From: Oscillospiraceae bacterium | GTDB lineage: Bacteria; Bacillota; Clostridia; Oscillospirales; CAG-272 | Assembly: GCA_015064855.1 (NCBI GenBank) | Contig: SVRK01000001.1 | Span: forward strand, 14,196 to 78,195 | DNA length: 64,000 nt | Direction of reading: 5' to 3' | Shown here: positions 26,848-34,870 of the stretch, in pieces | Layout: every line of letters begins with the position of its first letter | Numbering within the stretch: position 1 is the first letter of the stretch | Made by a program: the position numbers and the translations under genes | The notes under the pieces: model-generated | Database searches by the model: none | What the model was told of the DNA's origin: nothing | Seen by the model: the letters and a program-made list of their open reading frames with translations, nothing else

Positions 26848-27921
26848 ATGGAAATGTTCCGCATGACGGACGTGCTCCCTTTGTTAGGGATCCCGTATCC
26901 GACGAATGGACAAAAAAACTTTTATATAAAGTGTCCTTGTTGCGATGAAAAACCTCGCGATCAGCATTTGAATATTAGCTTGAAAAAAGACGTTTTTCGG
27001 TGTCCGAGATGCGGCGTTTCCGGTGGTATTTTTGACTTGTATTCGCTTTATACCGGGGTTCCTCGAGATAAGGTCTATAAGACGCTTCTCAGGTCCATGG
27101 GCAAGGTTCAAGCACAGACGGTGCCTACCAAGGTCGCTCCTCCGCATCCACCCATTGTCGAGATTGAATGCCCGATAACAGATGTTGATACAAGGCACGT
27201 AACCTATACTGCTTTCCTTTCAAAGCTATCTTTAGCCCAGGACCATAAGGAGAATCTTCTGGGACGTGGATTAACCGAAGAGGAAATTGTCAGACTGGGT
27301 TACAAAACAACACCAATGCTCGGTATGAGTGCGATAGCTAAACAGCTTCGTACTGAAGGACATTATCTTGCAGGTGTTCCGGGGTTCTATCGGAAAGATT
27401 CGGGAGAGTGGACGTTTGCTTGCGAAAAGCGCGGCATACTCATTCCGGTTCGTGATCATCAAGGAAGAATTCAGGGACTCCAGATCCGAAGAGATAATAC
27501 CGAAAAGCGCAAGTTCCGTTGGGTTTCCAGCGCAGAGCAGAAGGATGGATGTCGAGCTGAAGGCTGGACACATTTGGCAGGCCCTATTGCTGAAAGTTTG
27601 ATTCTGACAGAAGGTCCGATGAAGGCCGACGTCATACATGCGCTCACCGGAATTACCGTTCTTGCTGTCCCCGGCGTAAACACGCTGACGCAACTCAAAA
27701 TCACTCTGGAGATACTGAGAAACAATGGACTCTCCCGTATCAAAACGGCTTTTGATATGGACTTCTCCACAAATCAGCACGTTCAGAACGGCTTCAATAG
27801 CTTATTGTCCCTCCTCGATGAGATGGGCTTCAAGTACGGCACATACCTTTGGGATGCACGTTACAAGGGCCTTGATGATTATATTTGGGAAGGAATGATG
27901 GGGAAAAAAAGAAACAACTAA
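26848..27921 (+). CDS. Zinc-finger plus Toprim domain DNA primase
   Basis: Motifs CPCCDEKPRDQHLNISLKKDVFRCPRCG, LILTEGPMKADV (Toprim Glu) and AFDMDFS. Confidence 0.75.
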   Translation: MEMFRMTDVLPLLGIPYPTNGQKNFYIKCPCCDEKPRDQHLNISLKKDVFRCPRCGVSGGIFDLYSLYTGVPRDKVYKTLLRSMGKVQAQTVPTKVAPPHPPIVEIECPITDVDTRHVTYTAFLSKLSLAQDHKENLLGRGLTEEEIVRLGYKTTPMLGMSAIAKQLRTEGHYLAGVPGFYRKDSGEWTFACEKRGILIPVRDHQGRIQGLQIRRDNTEKRKFRWVSSAEQKDGCRAEGWTHLAGPIAESLILTEGPMKADVIHALTGITVLAVPGVNTLTQLKITLEILRNNGLSRIKTAFDMDFSTNQHVQNGFNSLLSLLDEMGFKYGTYLWDARYKGLDDYIWEGMMGKKRNN

Positions 27922-27932
27922 CACTCAACTCG

Positions 27933-27965
27933 AGGCATCGGTGAAATATCCGGTGCCTTTTTTTG
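27933..27965 (+). terminator. Intrinsic terminator ending the second long operon
   Basis: AGGCATCGG pairs with CCGGTGCCT, followed by TTTTTTT. Confidence 0.7.
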
Positions 27966-27974
27966 AAATTGATA

Positions 27975-28187
27975 TTGACACATTCTGGAAACAAGTGTAT
28001 AATATAAGAGTCAACAACGCTAAAAAGATGATCTCTTGACCAGCAACGTTAGTGTCTTCCGCAACATCGAGCATCGGTGATAAAAGTCAGGATAATCTAA
28101 AGTTTCAGCGGTCGTAAAAACTTTTCGTAGCGTTTGGATGATACAATAATTAAACGCAGTGATCAGAAAAGACCACTGCGTTTTGTT
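27975..28187 (+). ncRNA. Candidate roughly 180-nt non-coding transcript (promoter to terminator, no ORF)
   Basis: Promoter TTGACA (27975-27980), 17 nt, TATAAT (27998-28003). The terminator is AAACGCAGTG (28152-28161) with CACTGCGTTT (28174-28183) plus a T-rich tail. No start codon with a usable ORF lies in between. Confidence 0.35.
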
Positions 28188-28534
28188 TATGCAACATCTT
28201 GAGTAAAAAGATAAGTGAAATCAAAAAAGCAGAATAGAGAAATTTGATTGATATCTTCTTCGTCGTCTTTGAGCATCGATATGTCAGAAGAGTTGACTTC
28301 ATATTTCTCCATCATACATTCTTCAGCTACTTCAATAGCCCGTGCAATGTCCCTTAATGTTTCAAAGCATTCAGGAGGAGCATAACGATAGTCATCCCAC
28401 GAAAAATAGTCATCTCCACAACAGGGCGCCTCTTTTTCAAGCAATTCCGAGTACCTTTCTTTAAGATCATCAAGTCTCCAAATAAGTTGCTGATCAGCAG
28501 AAGGATAACTTAAGTCAATATTGTTTTCGGTCAT
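28187..28534 (-). CDS. Small acidic hypothetical protein
   Basis: GAGGAGG lies upstream. It follows the AAA+ gene by 19 nt. Confidence 0.5.
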   Translation of the reverse strand: MTENNIDLSYPSADQQLIWRLDDLKERYSELLEKEAPCCGDDYFSWDDYRYAPPECFETLRDIARAIEVAEECMMEKYEVNSSDISMLKDDEEDINQISLFCFFDFTYLFTQDVA

Positions 28535-28553
28535 TAGCCAGCCTCCTCATAAA

Positions 28554-30560
28554 TTAACAGAAACCGATCTTGCGTTTCTGAGTGTCTCGAGTAACAGGAG
28601 GAGCAATTATGTCATCAGCAGTGAGGGTAAAGACATCTCTTTCTGTTATAGATTCAAACCCTTTTTCCAAAAGTCGAGAAGCCTGATTCATTTTGGATTG
28701 TTCGAAAATATTGCGAACATATCTGCCGTTTCCAAAATCACTTTGGCTTCGCGCAACTTCGAAGATTGATTCCAGTTTGCTCATAGCTTCCGATGTAATT
28801 GTCATACCGGAACCGCGAGCAATCAATCCAGCAATTCTGCAGAGCTCTTGGGACGAATAATCCGCGAAAGGAACATGGAAGGCTATTCTGGACCGCAATC
28901 CGGGATTTTTGTTTAGAAATCCTTCCATCTTATCGGGATATCCAGCAAAAATAACGATAACCTCCTCTCGATGATTTTCCATTTCTTGAACGATTGTGTT
29001 GATTGCTTCATCTCCAAAGCATCCGTCTCGATCATCAACAAGAGAGTATGCTTCATCAATAAACAAAACTCCACCCTTTGCTGCCTTGAATTTTGATTGA
29101 ACTGTCTGCGCAGTCCATCCAACGTATTTCGCAATTAGATCTCCACGTCCAACTTCTACAAGCTGGCCTTTAGATAGCAAATTGTTTTCACGCATAATTT
29201 GTGCGAACAGTCTTGCTACCGTTGTTTTTGCTGTGCCAGGATTGCCCGTGAAAATCATGTGCATTGCAGGATGATCTTCTTTAATCCCTCGGTCTCGAAA
29301 CAACTTCTGCATTTTGTAGTAATTAAGAGCTTTATTGATTACCTTTTTTGCTTCTTCAAGGCCAATCATTTCGTCAAGCTCACTATATGCAGAACCCTTG
29401 GGCTTCGATGTTGCGATTGTCTGCTCGGCAGCAGTAATACAACTGTATTGTGGGTATACTGCACTGCGCAACTTTCCGTTGTACCACTCCTCAAAAAAAC
29501 CTTTAAGCTCAGTTGCAAGATATGTTTTATCTTCTTCGAGCTTTACAAAGAGTTTTTTGTCAACCCGAACATGCTTTCCTTTTGCCATTGAAACGAGGTA
29601 TTCCTTCGCTCGATCTGCTTTGACCAGATCCTCTTTAAGTTCAACAATAGAAATACTTCCCAAATTTTCGAAGAAGCGATCTTTGGCTTTAGAGCATTCA
29701 CGTGAGAGACAGAAAACGGTTAATACTTCATTTCTATAGCGTTTTGCTGCTTCACAAAGTATTTCAACGGTTCCTGTGTCACCAAACGCAACGTCTACAT
29801 CGTCGCGATCATCGTTATCAAGATAACGAACAACCACAGCCCCGCCGATACTTGCCTGATAGAGCGCATCATACGACATTGTTGAGAATTGTTCACCAGG
29901 TCTAATGTCACAATAAGTATATCTTTGACTCTCCAATCTGCCATTGGAATAAAGAGCATCCAAGACAATTTTATAAACTTCTCGTCGTGTTTCGCGGTCA
30001 TCAGTCTGAACCATATAATGAACTGGATGCCCTGACGCTTTTGATTGCTTTTTCCCGGCATAGATTCTTTCCAACTCAGGCAGTAGCGTTTCGTTCATAA
30101 GATATTTCTCGGATAAAGAAACGAGAGTAGGCTTGTCTCGGGAAACGGAAATGTTTTCGCCATACTCTACACTTTGACGGCCATCAATTTTATCAAGATT
30201 ATATTTTTCCAGAATTGCATCGTCATCATCAATATAATCCTCACAATGTGAAGAGTTTAATAGCGATTTTAGATTGCTAAACGTAACTTCTGAAATTGTC
30301 AAATCCCTTAGCGGCAATCCGATGTAGTTCAAATAACGATGAACATAGTTTGATATTGTAAGAACGGAATTGGAAATAACTCCAATTGTAACAACCCCTT
30401 CGGATGAATCGGATACGAAATAAAAAACATTCTTACAGTATTGCGTGTTAAACATTTCACTTTTAGTTGCAATTTTTCTTCTTGCTTCTCTTCGAGCACG
30501 TCTGTCTTCCTCCTCGACAACGGCATTTATCATTACTCCCTGAATCTTATAGAACAACAT
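28554..30560 (-). CDS. SpoVK/CbxX-type AAA+ ATPase with a roughly 400-aa N-terminal region
   Basis: Motifs HMIFTGNPGTAKTTVARLFAQIM, GVLFIDEAYSL and PGLRSRIAFHVPFADY. The N-terminal part may be a degenerate second AAA-like module. Confidence 0.8.
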   Translation of the reverse strand: MLFYKIQGVMINAVVEEEDRRARREARRKIATKSEMFNTQYCKNVFYFVSDSSEGVVTIGVISNSVLTISNYVHRYLNYIGLPLRDLTISEVTFSNLKSLLNSSHCEDYIDDDDAILEKYNLDKIDGRQSVEYGENISVSRDKPTLVSLSEKYLMNETLLPELERIYAGKKQSKASGHPVHYMVQTDDRETRREVYKIVLDALYSNGRLESQRYTYCDIRPGEQFSTMSYDALYQASIGGAVVVRYLDNDDRDDVDVAFGDTGTVEILCEAAKRYRNEVLTVFCLSRECSKAKDRFFENLGSISIVELKEDLVKADRAKEYLVSMAKGKHVRVDKKLFVKLEEDKTYLATELKGFFEEWYNGKLRSAVYPQYSCITAAEQTIATSKPKGSAYSELDEMIGLEEAKKVINKALNYYKMQKLFRDRGIKEDHPAMHMIFTGNPGTAKTTVARLFAQIMRENNLLSKGQLVEVGRGDLIAKYVGWTAQTVQSKFKAAKGGVLFIDEAYSLVDDRDGCFGDEAINTIVQEMENHREEVIVIFAGYPDKMEGFLNKNPGLRSRIAFHVPFADYSSQELCRIAGLIARGSGMTITSEAMSKLESIFEVARSQSDFGNGRYVRNIFEQSKMNQASRLLEKGFESITERDVFTLTADDIIAPPVTRDTQKRKIGFC

Positions 30561-30642
30561 TTTGATAAACCTCCTTTGGATTTCTTGAGTTAATTATAAC
30601 AAAAGGAATGTTCCAAAAGTGGTGCATAACACTTTTTGTGTA

Positions 30643-30673
30643 CTAAAAAAGGAACCGCTTTTTACGGTTCCTT
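30643..30673 (-). terminator. Intrinsic terminator after the WYL gene
   Basis: AAGGAACCG (30649-30657) pairs with CGGTTCCTT (30665-30673), with a T-run on the minus strand. Confidence 0.65.
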
Positions 30674-30680
30674 GGAAATT

Positions 30681-31667
30681 TTAGTTGTATTTAACAAGCC
30701 CTTGCGTTAGAGCTTCTTTTATTCTATCTCGTAAATGCTTCGGCGCAGTTATTTCCACATGGTTCAAGTATTGCATTGCCCAGTGTTCCATTGCATTTGG
30801 ACTTGCGAAGATAGATACCTTAATTTTACCATCCATATCGGGGATTTTCGATAATGTAACACTCTTCCCGAACCAGTCGAATATCTGATCAATGATCGCT
30901 TCCTCTGCAACAAACTCGATTCGCTCTGGTTTATCAGTATACATATATGGCATCGTTGTAGCAATTTGCTTATAATCTATACCGTTTTCGTATCCTGGAA
31001 CAGATGTCAACGGCGTTAGCGGCTTGTCATAAACCTTTATCTTTGTGATACGATCAACTCTATGAAATACAATGTGTTTCCAATAATCACTGTAACCCAT
31101 AATATAATAGCGTTGGTTATGCAGAATAAGGTGGTAGGGACTCAGACGTTGAAAGGATGATTTTTGAAGCTTTCCATCAACATCGAATTTGTTGTACTCA
31201 TATTGAATTTGCTTTCCGTCTTCAATTGCAGCGTCAATGATTTCTATGTTATAGAATAACGAGGAGTTTTCGCTTTTGCTCCAATCGTTGACAGAATACA
31301 CATTACGTATATGCGAGCGAAAATACTTGTTAGAGAGTCCAGACAGTTTCTCTATTAAGTCAGCAGAATGCTTTGCAGTAATATATTTGCTCTGCAAAAC
31401 TCCATCGATAAGTAACTTAAGCTCTGAGTCTTCAAAATCTCTTGCGCTTATATAAGTACCTGCTCGGCGTGATTCAATATCACATCCCGCCTCTTTTAAC
31501 AAGGAGAGATTTCGGCTTATAGCCTTGCGCTCGATGATAATTCCATAATCATTTTTAAGGTGTTCTGCAATGTCATCTTGTGTTAAAGGGTGATCATAGT
31601 CACTGTATTTATGGAGTATTTGCCATATTCTGATGAGGGCTAATTTTTTTGGTTCAAAGCTTTCCAT
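30681..31667 (-). CDS. WYL-domain transcriptional regulator (HTH-WYL-WCX architecture)
   Basis: The HTH is LALIRIWQILHKYSDYDHPLTQDDIAEHL. The WYL region is LSPYHLILHNQRYYIMGY...FHRVDRITKIKV. Confidence 0.8.
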   Translation of the reverse strand: MESFEPKKLALIRIWQILHKYSDYDHPLTQDDIAEHLKNDYGIIIERKAISRNLSLLKEAGCDIESRRAGTYISARDFEDSELKLLIDGVLQSKYITAKHSADLIEKLSGLSNKYFRSHIRNVYSVNDWSKSENSSLFYNIEIIDAAIEDGKQIQYEYNKFDVDGKLQKSSFQRLSPYHLILHNQRYYIMGYSDYWKHIVFHRVDRITKIKVYDKPLTPLTSVPGYENGIDYKQIATTMPYMYTDKPERIEFVAEEAIIDQIFDWFGKSVTLSKIPDMDGKIKVSIFASPNAMEHWAMQYLNHVEITAPKHLRDRIKEALTQGLVKYN

Positions 31668-31679
31668 GAAAAGCCTCCT

Positions 31680-32660
31680 TTATGAATAGTAACGTTTCAA
31701 GTATTCTTGGTGATCCACTGGAATATCAAGGGATTCAGCTAATTCCTTTGCAGACATATAAATGATTTTGATGCCTGCATTACAGTTATTATCAAAAATT
31801 GCGGGAATTTCACACCGATGCATAGTATCTATAAAGAGTTGAGCTTCGTAGCGTTCTTCCGAAAGTGCGCTTTGATACTCCCATCGCGTATCCTCATCAT
31901 CTATAAATGCTGCCGGGAACTCATTTACAACATTGGTCAAGATGTACCAGTCATACTTTCCAGCCATAGTTCTTCCAGGATCTACTTTTTCTAAAGCAGA
32001 TCTTGTGACAAACGAGGCGTAGTTGTACATTGCAAGCGTGTGCTTAAACATTTGCGATGCATCATATCTACGGAAGGATACATCTTGAAGTAGGTGAGCC
32101 CAATTTGAGAACATCTCAAATGCATCTTTTGGAAAAGGAACTGCGGCTCTGTCAGGAGTGAAGTAGTATCGTTCCATAAAGTAACTCTTGCCAAGAGCTT
32201 TTGGTGATTCGAGCCATTCAAGGTTTTTCATTTCAAAAAACAAAGCGTTTCTATTAACACTATCGCTTAAAAACGCATCTACGTTTGCCGGCATATTTCC
32301 ATAGGCACGAGTGAGGAGTTGTTTCTCATATTCAACCGTGTATGTTCCTTGAGGGAGAATGCCTTCGGGCAAGATGCTTACCGAGTCATTCCCAAAAAGA
32401 TTAAACGTCATTGCCGATGAAGAAACTATGCTTCCCATTTTAGGCGGAAGTGTATAGGTCCTGCCAAATTTAGTTATGGTGCTTTCCTTTGTTTCACTAC
32501 CGTCTCCACGATTGTATTCTGCGATGGTTTGGGAAGACATCGGGCAAAATAAATTATTTCTATAGTCCTTGTAATAAAACGGACGGTGAGAATTCTGCAA
32601 ACTTGTCGGTATTGGATGCCTTTGCAAAATTGATTGCGTAATTTTCTCTCTAAGTGACAT
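31680..32660 (-). CDS. Putative PD-(D/E)XK-fold nuclease
   Basis: The internal ATG at 32660 follows AAGGAG. Motifs are SSSAMTFNLFG and NVDAFLSDSVNRNALFFEMKNLEW (D...ExK spacing). It is coupled to the WYL gene by a 12-nt gap containing an SD. Confidence 0.5.
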   Translation of the reverse strand: MSLREKITQSILQRHPIPTSLQNSHRPFYYKDYRNNLFCPMSSQTIAEYNRGDGSETKESTITKFGRTYTLPPKMGSIVSSSAMTFNLFGNDSVSILPEGILPQGTYTVEYEKQLLTRAYGNMPANVDAFLSDSVNRNALFFEMKNLEWLESPKALGKSYFMERYYFTPDRAAVPFPKDAFEMFSNWAHLLQDVSFRRYDASQMFKHTLAMYNYASFVTRSALEKVDPGRTMAGKYDWYILTNVVNEFPAAFIDDEDTRWEYQSALSEERYEAQLFIDTMHRCEIPAIFDNNCNAGIKIIYMSAKELAESLDIPVDHQEYLKRYYS

Positions 32661-32675
32661 AACAATCTCCTTATT

Positions 32676-32757
32676 CTTGTATTTGTGTTTATTATAATAC
32701 AAGTAATGGGACTTATTTGGTACATTACATTGTAACACAAAAAAGGAGTTTTGACAA
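32676..32757 (-). promoter_or_regulatory. Promoter plus 8-bp inverted-repeat operator candidate for the nuclease/WYL operon
   Basis: On the minus strand: TTGTCA (complement of 32752-32757), 17 nt, TGtTACAAT (-10 is the complement of 32729-32734). The inverted repeat CTTGTATT (32676-32683) / AATACAAG (32696-32703) lies between the promoter and the SD. Confidence 0.55.
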
Positions 32758-32762
32758 GGTAT

Positions 32763-32807
32763 AACACAAAAAAGAAAGCGCAGCGATTACATTTCGCCGC
32801 GCTTTCT
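32763..32807 (-). terminator. Intrinsic terminator overlapping the 3-prime end of the upstream CDS
   Basis: AGAAAGCGC (32773-32781) pairs with GCGCTTTCT (32799-32807), with a T-run on the minus strand. Confidence 0.6.
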
Positions 32808-33224
32808 TCTTTCTTCGAGCTCTCCTAAGTACTTTTCTTCAAGCTCATCTGTCCAAACCTTTATTTGGGAGAAGAGTGTTTTTCTTTGATCATCCATATT
32901 ATCAAAAAAATACTCAACTGATACGCCCTTGTATCCGAATATTGCTAAAATTCTGTAATCATACTCTTCAAGTGTTTCTTCGAGAAAAGCGTGGTATCCC
33001 ATTTCATTATGTGATGCTGGATCATAGTCTGAAAAACCGGAGAATCCATCTATTGCTTCTTCAAAATACATTTCAGGTGTCATATTGAATTTTTCAATAT
33101 TTTCAATTAGCTTACAGTGAAGCCCCGCATCATCCTTAGCTTCTACACAAGCCATCATTTCGCCACGCGGATTCAGATAAAACCAAGTAAATATTGATGT
33201 GTACATTTTGTTATCCTCAATCAT
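32787..33224 (-). CDS. Hypothetical acidic protein
   Basis: It has its own extended -10 promoter (minus strand TTGAAA, 17 nt, TGgTATAAT, around 33232-33262). I recognised no motif. Confidence 0.5.
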   Translation of the reverse strand: MIEDNKMYTSIFTWFYLNPRGEMMACVEAKDDAGLHCKLIENIEKFNMTPEMYFEEAIDGFSGFSDYDPASHNEMGYHAFLEETLEEYDYRILAIFGYKGVSVEYFFDNMDDQRKTLFSQIKVWTDELEEKYLGELEERRKRGEM

Positions 33225-33267
33225 CTTCGTTCTTGTTTAGTATTATACCATATATTTCTTATCTTTT

Positions 33268-33299
33268 CAACAACAAAACGGCGATCCATGACCGCCGTT
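33268..33299 (-). terminator. Intrinsic terminator after the XRE gene
   Basis: AACGGCG (33277-33283) pairs with CGCCGTT (33293-33299), with a T-rich tail on the minus strand. Confidence 0.55.
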
Positions 33300-33304
33300 C
33301 AAAA

Positions 33305-33631
33305 TTATTTTCTATCAAATTCAATCATCGCACCAACAACTTTGTAAATCCTGTCGCGTGATGCAGGATCTAACTTTGCTATTTCCTCAGTGAGAGTGGA
33401 TGATTTGATATCATAGCCAGTAGTTAACACATCTGCGAGAAGCTGGTCTGCAGAAACTTCAAGCACGTTTGCAATCTGAATAAAGGTTTCAAGTTTAGGA
33501 ACCTTTTCGCCTCTTTCTATCATACCGGTATAGGTGACACTCAAACCAATTTTCTCAGCAAAGTCCTCCTGTCTCCAGCCTTTATGCTCGCGGAATTTGC
33601 GTATGCGCTTTCCAATTGATGAAGTATTCAT
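33305..33631 (-). CDS. XRE-family HTH transcriptional regulator
   Basis: IGKRIRKFREHKGWRQEDFAEKIGLSVTYTGMIERGEKVP. Confidence 0.8.
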   Translation of the reverse strand: MNTSSIGKRIRKFREHKGWRQEDFAEKIGLSVTYTGMIERGEKVPKLETFIQIANVLEVSADQLLADVLTTGYDIKSSTLTEEIAKLDPASRDRIYKVVGAMIEFDRK

Positions 33632-33818
33632 ATCACACCTCGTAAAAATAATGGTTATTGTCCTTAACTAATAGTATAGATTATTCCGAACGATCAATAC
33701 AGAATATATTTGGATAATACCATAACTAATGGTTGATATTTGGTGCATTTTATGATATACTGACAATTGATAAGAAATGTGGTATAATAAAAACAATCAT
33801 ACAATAGGAGGATTTAAC

Positions 33819-34352
33819 ATGGGAACAGTAGCATTCACAGGTTATAGGCCAAACAAGTTACCGTTTGTTGAAGATAAGAAGGATGAGTTGTACGTTGCGT
33901 TTCGTCAAAAGCTAAGACAAGTAATAGAACGACTTGTCGAGCGAGGATACAATGAGTTTGTTTCTGGCGTTGCTATGGGGTTTGATACTTGGGTGGCAGA
34001 AGATGTTATTGCCATCAAAAAGACGAATCCTGATATCAGACTCGAATGCGCTATACCTTGTCCCAATCAAGATAAGAATTGGCCCTTGGGAGATAAACTG
34101 CGCCGTAAGAAGATACTTCATCATGCTGATAGCAAGCCAGTTATTTGCGAGCATTACAGCGATCAATGTTTCCACATTCGAAACAGATATATGGTAGACA
34201 AAGCAGAAGTCGTTGTTTGTTGCTATGATGGGCAGAAAGGCGGAACGGCATACACGGTAAACTATGCGCTTAGGGCAGATAAGATAGTTATTCAGATCAA
34301 CCCGAATAATGCTTCTGTAACCATTATCAGCAGAAGAAATTTCGAAAATTAA
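33819..34352 (+). CDS. YpsA/YoqJ-like SLOG-family protein (DUF1273)
   Basis: The ATG at 33819 follows AGGAGG. Motifs VAFTGYRPNKLPF and FVSGVAMGFDTWVAEDVI. There are tandem extended -10 promoters at 33733-33761 and 33760-33788. Confidence 0.65.
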   Translation: MGTVAFTGYRPNKLPFVEDKKDELYVAFRQKLRQVIERLVERGYNEFVSGVAMGFDTWVAEDVIAIKKTNPDIRLECAIPCPNQDKNWPLGDKLRRKKILHHADSKPVICEHYSDQCFHIRNRYMVDKAEVVVCCYDGQKGGTAYTVNYALRADKIVIQINPNNASVTIISRRNFEN

Positions 34353-34369
34353 AAAAATCTTATCAATAA

Positions 34370-34410
34370 CAATAATTATTATTGACAAGCGAGGAAAAAT
34401 ATGTTATAAT
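34370..34410 (+). promoter_or_regulatory. Fur/PerR-type 7-1-7 box overlapping the promoter of the Fur-family gene
   Basis: CAATAAT-T-ATTATTG (34370-34384) is a perfect palindrome, and its central 11 nt equal the PerR-box core ATAATTATTAT. It overlaps TTGACA (34382-34387), which is followed by 17 nt and TGtTATAAT (34402-34410). Confidence 0.6.
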
Positions 34411-34443
34411 ACCGGAGTGCGATAACCACAGGGGAGGTTAAAA

Positions 34444-34839
34444 ATGACTACTGTAACCAGAAAAACACGTCACTCCGAAACAAGAGACAGGATATACGAA
34501 TATATGTGTTCGACCAAGGCGCACCCATCCGCAGAGACTATATATGCTGCTTTGAAGCCGGGCATTCCCAAGCTATCTCTCGCAACCGTTTATGTCAACC
34601 TTAAGCTCTTGAAGGAACAAGGAAAGATAATTCGTGTAGCGAATGTAGATGGAAACGAGCGATATGATGCTAATTGTGAGGATCACGTACACTTTGTATG
34701 TGATACTTGTGGCTCTGTCATCGACCTTATGGATTCGGATATCCAAGCTATCAAAAATTTTTGTAACATAGGCAAACTTAAAATCAACAGCGTCCAAGTC
34801 GTGCTGCACGGTGTGTGCGAAGGCTGCACTGTGAAATAA
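34444..34839 (+). CDS. Fur-family metalloregulator (Fur/PerR/Zur type)
   Basis: The winged-helix region is HPSAETIYAALK...ATVYVNLKLL. There are two CxxC pairs, HFVCDTCGSVIDL and LHGVCEGC. Confidence 0.8.
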   Translation: MTTVTRKTRHSETRDRIYEYMCSTKAHPSAETIYAALKPGIPKLSLATVYVNLKLLKEQGKIIRVANVDGNERYDANCEDHVHFVCDTCGSVIDLMDSDIQAIKNFCNIGKLKINSVQVVLHGVCEGCTVK

Positions 34840-34870
34840 TCAAAGGAGAACAGTTTCAACTCGCTATTTT

